Assembly: GCA_950097015.1 (NCBI GenBank)
Contig: CATNEN010000038.1
Location: 10,230,001-10,294,000 of the forward strand
Length of the DNA stretch: 64,000 nt
Source of the DNA: Macrostomum hystrix
Taxonomy: Eukaryota > Animalia > Platyhelminthes
Reading direction: 5' to 3'
Shown here: in pieces, positions 26,770-49,849 of the stretch
How the letters are laid out: every line of letters begins with the position of its first letter
Numbering within the stretch: the first letter of the stretch is position 1
Notes under the pieces: model-generated
What the model saw: the letters and a program-made list of their open reading frames with translations, nothing else
Databases searched by the model: none
Told to the model about the DNA's origin: nothing
Position numbers and translations under genes: made by a program

Positions 26770-28022
26770 TTTTTGGTTTGGAGAATTGGGATTAATTGGT
26801 TTGAGATTTGTAGACTTTTGGTTTGGATAATTGGCCGGGATTAATTGGTTTGGGATTTGAAGACTTTTGGTTTGGAGAATTGGGATTAATTGGTTTGGGA
26901 TTTGTAGACTTTTGGTTTGGATAATTGGCCGGGATTAATTGGTTTGGGATTTGAAGAATTTTGGTTTGGAGAATTGGGATTAATTGGTTTGGGATTTGTA
27001 GACTTTTGGTTTGGATAATTGGCCGGGATTAATTGGTTTGGGATTTGAAGAATTTTGGTTTGGAGAATTGGGATTAATTGGTTTGGGATTTGTAGACTTT
27101 TGGTTTGGAGAATTGGGATTTCTTGGTTTGGGATTTGTAGACTTTTGGTTTGGAGAATTGGGATTTCTTGGTTTGGGATTTGTAGACTTTTGGTTTGGAG
27201 AATTGGGATTAATTGGTTTGGAACTTGAAGACTTTTGGTTTGGAGAATTGGGATTAATTGGTTTGGGATTTGTAGACTTTTGGTTTGGAGAATTGGGATT
27301 TATTTGTTTGTGATTTGAAGACTTTTGGTTTGGAGAATTGGGATTAATTGGTTTGGGATTTGTAGACTTTTGGTTTGGAGAATTGGGATTAATTGGTTTG
27401 GGATTTGTAGACTTTTGGTTTGGAGAATTGGGATTAATTGGTTTGGGATTTGAAGACTTTTGGTTTGGAGAATTGGGATTAATTGGTTTGGGATTTGTAG
27501 ACTTTTGGTTTGGAGAATTGGGATTTATTTGTTTGTGATTTGAAGACTTTTGGTTTGGAGAATTGGGATTAATTGGTTTGGGATTTGTAGACTTTTGGTT
27601 TGGAGAATTGGGATTTCTTGGTTTGGGATTTGTAGACTTTTGGTTTGGAGAATTGGGATTAATTGGTTTGGGATTTGTAGACTTTTGGTTTGGAGAATTG
27701 GGATTAATTGGTTTGGGATTTGAAGACTTTTGTTTTGGAGAATTGGGATTTATTTGTTTGGGATTTGTAGACTTTTGGTTTGGAGAATTGGGATTTCTTG
27801 GTTTGGGATTTGTAGACTTTTGGTTTGGAGAATTGGGATTAATTGGTTTGGGATTTGTAGACTTTTGGTTTGGAGAATTGGGATTAATTGGTTTGGGATT
27901 TGAAGACTTTTGGTTTGGAGAATTGGGATTTATTTGTTTGGGATTTGAAGAATTTTGGTTTGGAGAATTGGGATTTATTGGTTTGGGATTTGAAGAATTT
28001 TGGTTTGGAGAATTGGGATTTT
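26770..28022. repeat. 45-bp minisatellite
   Basis: (ttttggtttggagaattgggattaattggtttgggatttgtagac)n. Confidence 0.96.
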
Positions 28023-28989
28023 TGCGCTTTGGAGTTGTTGTTTTGTGATTTTTTGTGACTATTGTATTCGGGACTCGAAATTTCGTTCGGCGCGCGCAAC
28101 GAAATTAATTTAATAAAAACAGGTAGACAAATTTTGTTTCTACAAAAGCCGAGAAGCACAAATTGATTAAAAATAACATTTCTTTAATCATATTGGTTTC
28201 TTAATCTGTAGCAAAAGAAAGCTTCAAGGTGGTGCAAGGTTCGGTTTACCGAAATTTGAGTTAGCAAAGCACTAGTTGAAACAATAAAATAAAAAGTTAA
28301 ATAAAAAATAGTCTTTTTTAGGAAAGGCAAAATTTCACTGTCAATAAATTAAGAAACAACGATTTTTTCATTTCCCAATGCTTTCGATTTTTTCTCATTA
28401 TAGCCAGTTTCCGTGAGCACAGTTTGGTTCGAGTCGTCTGTGAGCTGTCAACTCGCGTTTGCGTGACCCAATTCTCGGTCAAATTGAGGGTGTGCTGGCA
28501 GTCCTTATCCGTCTAGCATGTCTCTCTGTCTTTGCATAGTTCTTCTTTTACTGTCGATGTTTGCTCGACAAAAAAACTAACCAACCGCCAACAGGACTTT
28601 GACCAAAAAAAGCCAAACGGAAAATTCTTGAACATTTCGAGAAAAAACTAGGGGAATGAAACTTCCTGATTTTGTGGGGAACAAGGAGAGGGAGGGGCGT
28701 GTAATAGAACATGAGAGAAGATAAGATGGCAGAGGCCTAATAAAGTATGCTTCACTGATTCAAATATTAAATCCCTGGGTCCTTGATCCCGGTCGAATAG
28801 CACAAATTGGAGAGAAGCTAAAATTTGGCAAATTATTTCCGGCAAGGTGAAGAAAAGGGAAATTTCTGATCGAAATTCTTGAGAGCGGCAAACATTGTTT
28901 TTCGTCCTAATGACGAAATAACTTTTTCTTTGAGGCAAAAATAAGAAAATATTATCATTCTATACAATCCTGTAGATAAAAGGAATGTT

Positions 28990-29140
28990 GCAGACCAGTG
29001 GTTAAGGCTTTGGGCTCCCGACCGACAGGTCCGGAGTTCAAATCTCTTTTTCTCTAGCCTTTGGAAGCGTCACTGCAATAGCTACTGCTGTGGTACTGAC
29101 TGACAGTATGCTTAGCATGTGAGCTTTCTATAATTTATCA
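28990..29140 (+). mobile_element. tRNA-like head / degenerate SINE downstream of tektin
   Basis: A-box-like cagtggttaagg and B-box-like gagttcaaatct; no intact acceptor stem. Confidence 0.45.
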
Positions 29141-29361
29141 TTTCTATCTATATCTACTATCGTACCTAGAAAGCTAAATACGAGAAGTAGCACTAAATTG
29201 AAAAAGACAGAAAAAATGAAATAAAAGAAAGAGTGAGGCGCGAAAAATAATATCTAAAGAAAGAAAAAGAAAACATTAGGAAAGTTTTTCTTCTAAAAAG
29301 CGAATCGCAAAGGAAAAGTTGTGTTTCTTTCGGATCAGTTGCAGTTCTTGTCACCGAGGAC

Positions 29362-37495
<8,134 letters not shown>

Positions 37496-38280
37496 ACTTT
37501 TCTGCTTTCAATTTTGAGATTCTAGACAACGGAATTATAGTTTTACAGGTGCCAAAGGCAAGCCTCAGTTGATGCAGCTAGAACAGATTTTGCTCTTCTC
37601 GCAGTTGCAGACTTTGTGGGGCCAGTTAAAGCTGTTTTTATATAGATTGAGTCCAATAGGCCAAGCCTATTAGAGTTTTGAGCAGTTAAAAAGACAGACA
37701 ACGAGAGAGAGAGAGAGAGAGTAGGCAGTAGCGGGGGCTACCGTTATTAGACAATAGGTAACACAGTAGACTTGCATGCTGCATAGCTTTCTCAAAGCTG
37801 GTAGCGGTGGATAGGCTGGGTTGTCAAGGTAAAGTCTGAGTTCATCATCCAGCCAGCTCTCCGTCTCTCTCTGTCTCTAATCTCTATCGTCAAAGTACAC
37901 AGTCCTTACCTCGCCTAAGAAAATAAGTAAAGAAACAATTACAGATTAGAAGTTTTTGGCCCTATAAAATCAGTATAATATTTTGGAGACAGTTTCCATC
38001 GATTGTGAATAATCTAGTGGGTTTCATCAGCAATTCCCTGAATCGTCTGCCTACCTACCGACAATGATTACTGGTCCTGCAATGGCCACTTTTCTGTAAG
38101 CTTGGGACTGAATAATTCACCAATAAAGCATTCCCACTGATCAAACTGCAATGCGATTGTACAGTAACCGCTGCGGCATTAGCCTTCATTATAAGGAATT
38201 CTAGAACTAGAACCCGGAATGGAAACTTATTCAACAAAAGTTCTCACTAAAGTCCTGAACTCCACATTCATTTTAAGCCA

Positions 38281-38402
38281 ATGAGTAGAAAGTCAGTGCA
38301 GGTGTACATACCTGTGTGAGTACAGATGCTCGGTCCATGGACTGAGGGAGACGCCTTCAATAACCTCAGCTAAAATTCCAGAGTTAAATCTCTTGCTAAA
38401 GT
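38281..38402. mobile_element. Fused SINE fragments (family A + strand, family B - strand)
   Basis: gaaagtcagtgcaggtgtacatacctgtgtgag (A) joined to gtccatggactgagggagacgcc...cagagttaa (B). Confidence 0.6.
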
Positions 38403-38459
38403 ACCCTGTTGCCACAGTCACAGCCAGCTATTGTCATGGTTTTATGTCAAACTATAGAA

Positions 38460-39415
38460 TTCGACAAAGCTATGGGAATCGACAGACTGAGATTCGACAG
38501 ACTATGAGATTCAGTAAACTATGAGATTCGACAGACTATGAGATTCAGTAAACTATGAGATTCGACAGACTATGAGATTCAGTAAACTATGAGATTCGAC
38601 AGACTATGAGATTCAGTAAACTATGAGATTCGACAGACTATGAGATTCAGTAAACTATGAGATTCAATAAACTTCATCGACAGACTATGAGATTCGTTAG
38701 ACCATGAGATTCGTCAGACCATGAGATTCGACACATTATGAGATTCGACAGACTATGAGATTCGACAGACGATGAGATTCGACAGACTATGAGATTCGAC
38801 AGACTATGAGATTCGACAGACTATGAGATTCGACAGACTATGAGATTCAGTAAACTATGAGATTCTATCAATTATGAGATTCGACAGACTATGGGATTCA
38901 GTAAACTATGAGATTCAGTAAACTATGAGATTCGACAGACTATGAGATTCAGTAAACTATGAGATTCAGTAAACTATGAGATTCGACAGACTATGAGATT
39001 CAGTAAACTATGAGATTCAGTAAATTATGAGATTCGACAAACTATGAGATTCGACAGACTATGAGATTCGACAGACTATAAGATTTGACAGACTATGAGA
39101 TTCGACAGACTATGAGATTCGACAGACTATGAGATTCAGTAAACTATGAGATTCGACAGACTATGAGATTCAGTAAACTATGAGATTCAGTAAATTATGA
39201 GATTCGACAGACTATGAGATTCGACAGACTATGAGATTCGACAGACTATGAGATTCGACAGACTATAAGATTCGACAGACTATGAGATTCGACAGACTAT
39301 GAAGTTCGACAGACCATGAAGTTCGACAGACTATGAGATTCGACAGACTATGAGATTCGACAGACTATGAGATTCGACAGACTGAGATTCGACAGACCAT
39401 GAGATTCGACAGATT
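38460..39415. repeat. 17-bp minisatellite, same family as 36676-37300
   Basis: (gagattcgacagactat / gagattcagtaaactat)n. Confidence 0.95.
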
Positions 39416-39859
39416 ATTGGGATTGTATCGTGCTGTTATGTGTGCTCAGTGGTGAGTAGAATGAGCAGAATTGTAGAATTTACCAGTTAAAAATAAAAAT
39501 ATTGAGGCGAGAAAATTACGATCTGCAGTGCCGGCCATCTTGTGTCCGTTGGCCAATTACAATCGGATGCAGTGCAAAATGACTCATATTTTTATGAAAC
39601 TGTTGTCCCGGTGGGAAAGTACCTATCGATGCCATGCGAGATTTTATGACTTCTCATGTTAAAATAGTTTTTATGGCGATTGTAAAACCATCATCCACCC
39701 TGTGAGAAATGTTTTATTGCTAAATTTCAGCGAGCATGAATATAATTGCCTATCTGAGCGCATTGCAAAGTTGCTAGCGATGTGAATTTCAGCCAAGTTA
39801 TTTTGTCATTCACGATTTTTAGAGGCTGTAATAATCCGTTAGAGGAGGCGGAATTTTTT

Positions 39860-39873
39860 GTTGCTATGGGAAA
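39860..39873. promoter_or_regulatory. Candidate RFX X-box upstream of tektin
   Basis: gttgctatgggaaa versus consensus GTTGCCATGGCAAC; a second candidate gttgtcaaggtaaa at ~37820-37833. RFX control of ciliary genes is established; function here is inferred. Confidence 0.3.
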
Positions 39874-39899
39874 ATAAATGAACAAAGTAATGAAATATG

Positions 39900-40520
39900 T
39901 CGGGATTTTATCGGGATTGTGTTCGGATTGTGTTGGGATCGTGTTGGAATTTTTTGGGATTTTTTGGGATTGTATTGGGATTGTCTTGGGATTGTGTTAG
40001 GACTGTGTTGGGATTATGTTGGGATTGCGTTGGGATTATGTTTGGATTGTGTTGGGATTGTGTTCGGATTGCGTTGGGATTATGTTTGGATTGCGTTGGG
40101 ACTGTGTTGGGATTATGTTGGGATTGCGTTGGGATTATGTTTGGATTGTGTTGGGATTGTGTTCGGATTGCGTTGGGATTATGTTTGGATTGCGTTGGGA
40201 CTGTGTTGGGATTATGTTTGGATTGTGTTGGGATTGTGTTCGGATTGCGTTGGGATTATGTTTGGATTGCGTTGGGACTGTGTTGGGATTATGTTAGGAT
40301 TGCGTTGGGATTGTGTTGGGATTGCGTTGGGACTGTGTTGGGATTATGTTAGGATTGCGTTCGGATTGCGTTGGGATTGTGTTCGGATTATGTTAAGATT
40401 GCGTTGGGATTTTGTTGAGATTTTTTTGGGATTGTGTTGGGATTGTGTCGGGATTGTGTTGGGATTTTTTGGGATTGTGTTGGGATTGTGTTGGGATTGT
40501 GTTGGGAATGTGTTTGGATT
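39900..40520. repeat. 11-bp minisatellite
   Basis: (gggattgtgtt)n variants. Confidence 0.94.
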
Positions 40521-41290
40521 GCACTCTGATTTTACGCTCGTAAAATCAGTCAAATAATTTTGTCCGCTAAATTAAGAGTCTAAAGTTACCTACTCATCAG
40601 TAGTCACATACATTTTGACACCTAATTTTGATAAGGTAAATAAATAATATAGTCGCTAGCATATGAGGGCTACAGTGTTAGAACCGTGCCCCCATAAATT
40701 TTCAGGTTGTACGAGTCTTTTAAGTTACTAATCTTCAGCCTGAAAATCTTCATTATTCAGGTAAAACATCACCTCATTAAATTAGACCTCTGATGAAATG
40801 CTAATTCTGTGTAGGCAGCTATAACAATAGCACAATAGCACGGGCTTAGAATCTGTGCCATTGGTTAATTTAATAACAGATCTGCAATCACGCCAAGGAT
40901 TAGAAATGTCTAGATTAAATTTTTGCAGACGATTGGCACCTGATTTCAGCCTTTTCCAGCCAAGCAGCGCCTTTGTGTTGAATGAGTAGGGTTACAATGA
41001 AACAACACCTGCTCTGCATCGATTTGCTTCACAAGCGAGCGTTCCTGCCACTGATTAATGAAAAATCTGTGACATTTTCAATTAAGTAATTAGAAATTTT
41101 AATCATCTAAAATTTGCCCAAATCAAGCTTAGGATAATATATAACAGGTTTCATCTGGAATTTCAAACTTTAGCAAAGGTACATTAAAATATTGTGCTTC
41201 ATACAAAACTACATAATGTGACCCATAAAATATAAAGTACTTAATAGACTTACTTTATTTAGAAAGCATTATGAGGACAACAATGAGGAC

Positions 41291-44200
41291 AACTATCGAT
41301 TGATTGAATAACTTGATGGTAAAACTATCGATTGATTGAATAACTTGATGGTAAAACTATCGATTGATTGAATGACTTGATGGTAAAACTATCGATTGAT
41401 TGAATAACTTGATGGTAAAACTATCGATTGATTGAATAACTTGATGGTAAAACTATCGATTGATTGAATAACTTGATGGTAAAACTATCGATTGATTGAA
41501 TAACTTGATGGTAAAACTATCGATTGATTGAATGACTTGATGGTAAAACTATCGATTGATTGAATAACTTGATGGTAAAACTATCGATTGATTGAATAAC
41601 TTGATGGTAAAACTATCGATTGATTGAATAACTTGATGGTAAAACTATCGATTGATTGAATAACTTGATGGTAAAACTATCGATTGATTGAATAACTTGA
41701 TAGTAAAACTATCGATTGATTGAATGACTTGATGGTAAAACTATCGATTGATTGAATAACTTGATGGTAAAACTATCGATTGATTGAATAACTTGATAGT
41801 AAAACTATCGATTGATTGAATGACTTGATGGTAAAACTATCGATTGATTGAATAACTTGATGGTAAAACTATCGATTGATTGAATAACTTGATGGTAAAA
41901 CTATCGATTGATTGAATGACTTGATAGTAAAACTATCGATTGATTGAATGACTTGATGGTAAAACTACCGATTGATTGAATGACTTGATGGTAAAACTAT
42001 CGATTGATTGAATGACTTGATAGTAAAACTATCGATTAATAGAATGACTTGATGGTAAAACTTTCGATTGATTGAATAACTTGATGGTAAAACTATCGAT
42101 TGATTGAATGACTTGATAGTAAAACTATCGATTAATAGAATGACTTGATGGTAAAACTTTCGATTGATTGAATAACTTGATGGTAAAACTATCGATTGAT
42201 TGAATGACTTGATGGTAAAACTATCGATTGATTGAATAACTTGATGGTAAATCTATCGATTAATAGAATGACTTGATGGTAAAACTTTCGATTGATTGAA
42301 TAACTTGATAGTAAAACTATCGATTGATTGAATGACTTGATGGTAAAACTATCGATTGATTGAATAACTTGATGGTAAATCTATCGATTAATAGAATGAC
42401 TTGATGGTAAAACTTTCGATTGATTGAATAACTTGATGGTAAAACTATCGATTGATTGAATGACTTGATGGTAAAACTATCGATTGATTGAATAACTTGA
42501 TGGTAAAACTATCGATTGATTGAATAACTTGATGGTAAATCTATCGATTGATAGAATAACTTGATGGTAAAACTATCGATTGATTGAATGACTTGATGGT
42601 AAAACTATCGATTGATTGAATAACTTGATGGTAAAACTATCGATTGATTGAATAACTTGATGGTAAAACTATCGATTGATAGAATAACTTGATGGTAAAA
42701 CTATCGATTGATTGAATAACTTGATGGTAAAACTATCGATTGATTAAATAACTTGATGGTAAAACTATCGATTGATTGAATAACTTGATGGTAAAACTAT
42801 CGATTGATAGAATGACTTGATGGTAAAACTATCGATTGATAGAATGACTTGATGGTAAAACTATCGATTGATTGAATAACTTGATGGTAAAACTATCGAT
42901 TGATTGAATGACTTGATGGTAAAACTATCGATTGATTGAATAACTTGATGGTAAAACTATCGATTGATTGAATGACTTGATGGTAAAACTATCGATTGAT
43001 TGAATAACTTGATGGTAAAACTATCGATTGATTGAATAACTTGATGGTAAAACTATCGATTGATTGAATAACTTGATGGTAAAACTATCGATTGATTGAA
43101 TAACTTGATGGTAAAACTATCGATTGATTAAATAACTTGATGGTAAAACTATCGATTGATTGAATAACTTGATGGTAAAACTATCGATTGATTGAATAAC
43201 TTGATGGTAAAACTATCGATTGATAGAATGACTTGATGGTAAAACTATCGATTGATTGAATAACTTGATGGTAAAACTATCGATTGATTGAATAACTTGA
43301 TGGTAAATCTATCGATTAATAGAATGACTTGATGGTAAAACTTTCGATTGATTGAATAACTTGATGGTAAAACTATCGATTGATTGAATGACTTGATGGT
43401 AAAACTATCGATTGATTGAATAACTTGATGGTAAATCTATCGATTAATAGAATGACTTGATGGTAAAACTATCGATTGATAGAATGACTTGATGGTAAAA
43501 CTATCGATTGATTGAATAACTTGATGGTAAAACTATCGATTGATTGAATGACTTGATGGTAAAACTATCGATTGATTGAATAACTTGATGGTAAAACTAT
43601 CGATTGATTGAATGACTTGATGGTAAAACTATCGATTGATTGAATAACTTGATGGTAAAACTATCGATTGATTGAATAACTTGATGGTAAAACTATCGAT
43701 TGATTGAATAACTTGATGGTAAAACTATCGATTGATTGAATAACTTGATGGTAAATCTATCGATTGATTAAATAACTTGATGGTAAAACTATCGATTGAT
43801 TGAATAACTTGATGGTAAAACTATCGATTGATTGAATAACTTGATGGTAAAACTATCGATTGATAGAATGACTTGATGGTAAAACTATCGATTGATTGAA
43901 TAACTTGATGGTAAAACTATCGATTGATTGAATAACTTGATGGTAAATCTATCGATTAATAGAATGACTTGATGGTAAAACTTTCGATTGATTGAATAAC
44001 TTGATGGTAAAACTATCGATTGATTGAATGACTTGATGGTAAAACTATCGATTGATTGAATAACTTGATGGTAAATCTATCGATTAATAGAATGACTTGA
44101 TGGTAAAACTTTCGATTGATTGAATAACTTGATGGTAAAACTATCGATTGATTGAATGACTTGATGGTAAAACTATCGATTGATTGAATAACTTGATGGT

Positions 44201-47127
44201 AAATCTATCGATTGATAGAATAACTTGATGGTAAAACTATCGATTGATTGAATAACTTGATGGTAAAACTATCGATTGATTAAATAACTTGATGGTAAAT
44301 CTATCGATTGATTGAATGACTTGATGGTAAAACTATCGATTGATTGAATGACTTGATGGTAAAACTATCGATTGATTGAATAACTTGATGGTAAATCTAT
44401 CGATTAATAGAATGACTTGATGGTAAAACTTTCGATTGATTGAATAACTTGATAGTAAAACTATCGATTGATTGAATGACTTGATGGTAAAACTATCGAT
44501 TGATTGAATAACTTGATGGTAAATCTATCGATTAATAGAATGACTTGATGGTAAAACTTTCGATTGATTGAATAACTTGATGGTAAAACTATCGATTGAT
44601 TGAATGACTTGATGGTAAAACTATCGATTGATTGAATAACTTGATGGTAAAACTATCGATTGATAGAATAACTTGATGGTAAAACTATCGATTGATTGAA
44701 TGACTTGATGGTAAAACTATCGATTGATTGAATGACTTGATGGTAAAACTATCGATTGATTGAATAACTTGATGGTAAATCTATCGATTGATAGAATAAC
44801 TTGATGGTAAAACTATCGATTGATTGAATGACTTGATGGTAAAACTATCGATTGATTGAATGACTTGATGGTAAAACTATCGATTGATTGAATGACTTGA
44901 TGGTAAAACTATCGATTGATTGAATGACTTGATGGTAAAACTATCGATTGATTGAATGACTTGATAGTAAAACTATCGATTAATAGAATGACTTGATGGT
45001 AAAACTTTCGATTGATAGAATAACTTGATGGTAAAACTATCGATTGATAGAATGACTTGATGGTAAAACTATCGATTGATAGAATAACTTGATGGTAAAA
45101 CTATCGATTGATTGAATAACTTGATGGTAAAACTATCGATTGATTAAATAACTTGATGGTAAAACTATCGATTGATTGAATAACTTGATGGTAAAACTAT
45201 CGATTGATTGAATAACTTGATGGTAAAACTATCGATTGATAGAATGACTTGATGGTAAAACTATCGATTGATTGAATAACTTGATGGTAAAACTATCGAT
45301 TGATTGAATAACTTGATGGTAAATCTATCGATTAATAGAATGACTTGATGGTAAAACTTTCGATTGATTGAATAACTTGATGGTAAAACTATCGATTGAT
45401 TGAATGACTTGATGGTAAAACTATCGATTGATTGAATAACTTGATGGTAAATCTATCGATTAATAGAATGACTTGATGGTAAAACTTTCGATTGATTGAA
45501 TAACTTGATGGTAAAACTATCGATTGATTGAATGACTTGATGGTAAAACTATCGATTGATTGAATAACTTGATGGTAAATCTATCGATTGATAGAATAAC
45601 TTGATGGTAAAACTATCGATTGATTGAATAACTTGATGGTAAAACTATCGATTGATTAAATAACTTGATGGTAAATCTATCGATTGATTGAATGACTTGA
45701 TGGTAAAACTATCGATTGATTGAATGACTTGATGGTAAAACTATCGATTGATTGAATAACTTGATGGTAAATCTATCGATTAATAGAATGACTTGATGGT
45801 AAAACTTTCGATTGATTGAATAACTTGATAGTAAAACTATCGATTGATTGAATGACTTGATGGTAAAACTATCGATTGATTGAATAACTTGATGGTAAAT
45901 CTATCGATTAATAGAATGACTTGATGGTAAAACTTTCGATTGATTGAATAACTTGATGGTAAAACTATCGATTGATAGAATAACTTGATGGTAAAACTAT
46001 CGATTGATTGAATAACTTGATGGTAAAACTATCGATTGATTAAATAACTTGATGGTAAAACTATCGATTGATTGAATGACTTGATGGTAAAACTATCGAT
46101 TGATTGAATGACTTGATGGTAAAACTATCGATTGATTGAATAACTTGATGGTAAATCTATCGATTGATAGAATAACTTGATGGTAAAACTATCGATTGAT
46201 TGAATGACTTGATGGTAAAACTATCGATTGATTGAATGACTTGATGGTAAAACTATCGATTGATTGAATGACTTGATGGTAAAACTATCGATTGATTGAA
46301 TGACTTGATGGTAAAACTATCGATTGATTGAATGACTTGATAGTAAAACTATCGATTAATAGAATGACTTGATGGTAAAACTTTCGATTGATTGAATAAC
46401 TTGATGGTAAAACTATCGATTGATTGAATGACTTGATAGTAAAACTATCGATTAATAGAATGACTTGATGGTAAAACTTTCGATTGATTGAATAACTTGA
46501 TGGTAAAACTATCGATTGATTGAATGACTTGATGGTAAAACTATCGATTGATTGAATGACTTGATGGTAAAACTATCGATTGATTGAATGACTTGATGGT
46601 AAAACTACCGATTGATTGAATAACTTGATGGTAAATCTATCGATTAATAGAATGACTTGATGGTAAAACTTTCGATTGATTGAATAACTTGATGGTAAAA
46701 CTATCGATTGATTGAATGACTTGATGGTAAAACTATCGATTGATTGAATAACTTGATGGTAAAACTATCGATTGATAGAATGACTTGATGGTAAAACTAT
46801 CGATTGATTGAATAACTTGATGGTAAAACTATCGATTGATTGAATAACTTGATGGTAAAACTATCGATTGATTGAATAACTTGATGGTAAAACTATCGAT
46901 TGATTGAATGACTTGATGGTAAAACTATCGATTGATTGAATAACTTGATGGTAAATCTATCGATTGATAGAATAACTTGATGGTAAAACTATCGATTGAT
47001 TGAATGACTTGATGGTAAAACTATCGATTGATAGAATGACTTGATGGTAAAACTATCGATTGATTGAATAACTTGATGGTAAAACTATCGATTGATTGAA
47101 TGACTTGATGGTAAAACTATCGATTGT
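41291..47127. repeat. 32-bp satellite, 5.8 kb (~180 copies)
   Basis: (aactatcgattgattgaataacttgatggtaa)n. Confidence 0.98.
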
Positions 47128-47249
47128 CTAACTGTCTGAGTGCCGAGTCTGGATGACGAAGAGTCAACCAGTGGGTTGAGATGTGTTGACTGTCTTTGAG
47201 TGAGCCATCTGTGAAACAGTGGATCTCGTTACGGTTCTACTGGTCATTA

Positions 47250-47550
47250 TTGCATCTTCCCTCGAAGTTATTGAAATTTTAAAGCGTTGGCAAAGGTTGG
47301 CTGTGCGCGCCGTCAGAGCGGACGTTGAGGCTGTTGCACTCTCCCAAGTCTTTGAAGCACAGCTAGGTCTGTGTGCGGAACCACCTTTCGTATTGCTGTA
47401 GCCACTGCTTCTTTCCGAATATGGATGTCCAAATGGCAGCCGGTCGAGGAAGCTGCGTTGAGGCCATCGAAGGGCTCGAATCATTCAGGACCATTCGGCA
47501 AGCTCGTCTCTGCACTCGCTTTAGTGCCTCGAAGCCAAGTAGCGACTTCA
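47250..47550 (-). mobile_element. Possible degenerate CR1/L2-group LINE ORF2 C-terminal fragment
   Basis: LKRVQRRACRMVL resembles the LE.VQRRA.R.I motif downstream of the RT domain; the rest is frameshifted. Confidence 0.35.
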
Positions 47551-47559
47551 AATAGACGT

Positions 47560-47660
47560 GTACAACTGTTCAGTCCGTGGACTAGGGAAGCCGCCAAGCA
47601 AACCCGGAATTTCTGCCCCAGCAAATGCTGGTACTTATTTGACAACTGTGTGAACTAAAA
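47560..47660 (-). mobile_element. SINE family B fragment
   Basis: ctgttcagtccgtggact...gctggtac.tatttgacaactgtgtgaact matches family B. Confidence 0.7.
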
Positions 47661-48434
47661 TTATCACGGAACTTCGCTATAACAAAAATCTGTGTCTCCT
47701 AGGGGACATAAAATCGTCGCTATTATTCATGCAAGATTAAAGTGCATGCATGAGATAGCACGCCAAGACCGACTTCGGATAATGACTGTCTTATTTTAGA
47801 CCGTGTTTACCAAACCAACAAGCAATCCGCCTAATTGGATAGTCATGCATGACGTAGTTGATGATGTGCTTGTTTTCGAAGTTAATAGCGCCAGGTCAAC
47901 CAGATGATGAAGGGCATTTCATGCCGCGATTCTGAGCGAACAAATCCAGGTGAGCCTCGCAAGTTATCATGGCTAGGTAGCCATCTGGATATTTAGCCAG
48001 TCATTATGCCTCAGACAGTATTTTAGTGTCAGCAATAACCTCAAATGGTCCTAGCTAATAACCTTCAGAATAATGACATTGAATGGCGCTAATGTTTCAG
48101 AATATCATTCATTGAGAAATAAATCACAGCAATTTAACGAACACTGATCTCGATCAATTATTTCTTACCCTTTTCGTCTTTAAATAAGGTTAATTTATCT
48201 GCAGCAAAGATTATAGCTATCTGGAATAAATACCCACGCCGAAAAAAATGTGACTGAAAATTGATTTTTTTCTCCTTTGTTAAAAAAATGAATTGCTTTT
48301 TATAGTTTTGAAATTTAATTAATAATTTAAATCAGAGAAATCCGCTGTGCGCAAAAATAAAAAGCTGAGTCAGGATTTCCAAGGATGAGGCAGTTAAGGT
48401 TATGAAACAGGCGAACAGGAACTAGACTCGTATT

Positions 48435-49135
48435 CAAATGGCGGAGGCGAAGGTCAAGGAATGGGGTGGGTGTTAAAAGCTGAGGTCAGAAAGGCGCGAA
48501 TTAAAATGGCGGAAGAGAGGGTCATAGAATGGGGTGGGTGTTAAAAGTTGAGGTCACAAGGCGCGAATCAAAATTGGGGAGGAGAGGGTCAAGGAATGGG
48601 GTGGGTGTTAAAAGCTGAGGTCAGAAAGGAACGAATCAAAATGGCGGAAGAGAGGGTCATAGAATGGGGTGGGTGTTAAAAGTTGAGGTCACAAGGCGCG
48701 AATCAAAATTGGGGAGGAGAGGGTCAAGGAATGGGGTGGGTGTTAAAAGCTGAGGTCAGAAAGGAACGAATCAAAATGGCGGAAGAGAGGGTCATAGAAT
48801 GGGGTGGGTGTTAAAAGTTGAGGTCACAAGGCGCGAATCAAAATTGGGGAGGAGAGGGTCAAGGAATGGGGTGGGTGTTAAAAGCTGAGGTCAGAAAGGC
48901 GCGAATTAAAATGGCGGAAGAGGTGTCAAGGAATGGGGTGGGTGTTGAAAGCTGAGGTCAGAAAGGAACGAATCAAAATGGCGGAAGAGAGGGTCATAGA
49001 ATGGGGTGGGTGTTAAAAGTTGAGGTCACAAGGCGCGAATCAAAATTGGGGAGGAGAGGGTCAAGGAATGGGGTGGGTGTTAAAAGCTGAGGTCAGAAAG
49101 GCGCGAATTAAAATGGCGGAGGAGAGGGTCAAGGC
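48435..49135. repeat. 67/68-bp alternating repeat (135-bp dimer)
   Basis: ggggtgggtgttaaaag recurs at 48463, 48531, 48598, 48666 and onward. Confidence 0.93.
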
Positions 49136-49849
49136 GCGAAGTGGCTATCCGGGAGTTGTTTAGAATTTAGTGGATCAAAAAGAAACGAATTGAAAGATTT
49201 GGGTTGACTTCAGTAGCCCATGAAGTGAGGTGGGTGTCAAAAGTTAAAGAGCGTTCAAATTGAACTGATAATGCATGTTTGTTTCCTGGAATTTTGGGGT
49301 GGGTAGAGCTGAAAATATTGAATTATGGGGTACAATAATTGAGAACTAATTATCGTCTCTGACGGCGAGATACAGGACACGTAGCTGAGAACAGACAGCA
49401 AAGTTACGTTCGTATGCAGCAACAAAAAATTTTACGTTTCTAGTCCAAAATCTGCATTTAGCAGGTGTCTACATGGAAACGACACCTTTTTCTTCCTATA
49501 GATTTTTAGGCATAAATTTGCGCAGGAATTTTCGGCTAGAAAAACGCACTGAAAGCCTACACAAAAAGTTTCGTGGAAAGTGAGCTCTAGTTTTGTTACT
49601 AAGCACGGCTAAGCACTGGCAGGGTAAAAACTACATATTCAGTTTTTTCAAACCAGTTGGAGCCAATGAATATTTACATTGGGCTTAACTTTTTGTTTCT
49701 TTTTTTAGTGTTGTTGTGCTAGCCATTTTTTAAACAAATTCAAAAGACTCAAATTCAAATTCAAAACACATGTTGACGACATTTTTTCTTATAAACTTGC
49801 ATCCTGTTTCTGCTTTTCGATTGATTGTGTCAACACCTTCATGATTACA

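Noticed and set aside
27011-28048. Hydrophobic (GLGFVDFWFGEL)n ORFs
   Set aside because: Translation of a 45-bp minisatellite, broken by stops.
41291-47127. CRISPR-like 32-37-bp repeats (also 59809-62693)
   Set aside because: Head-to-tail units without unique spacers, no cas genes, eukaryotic context.
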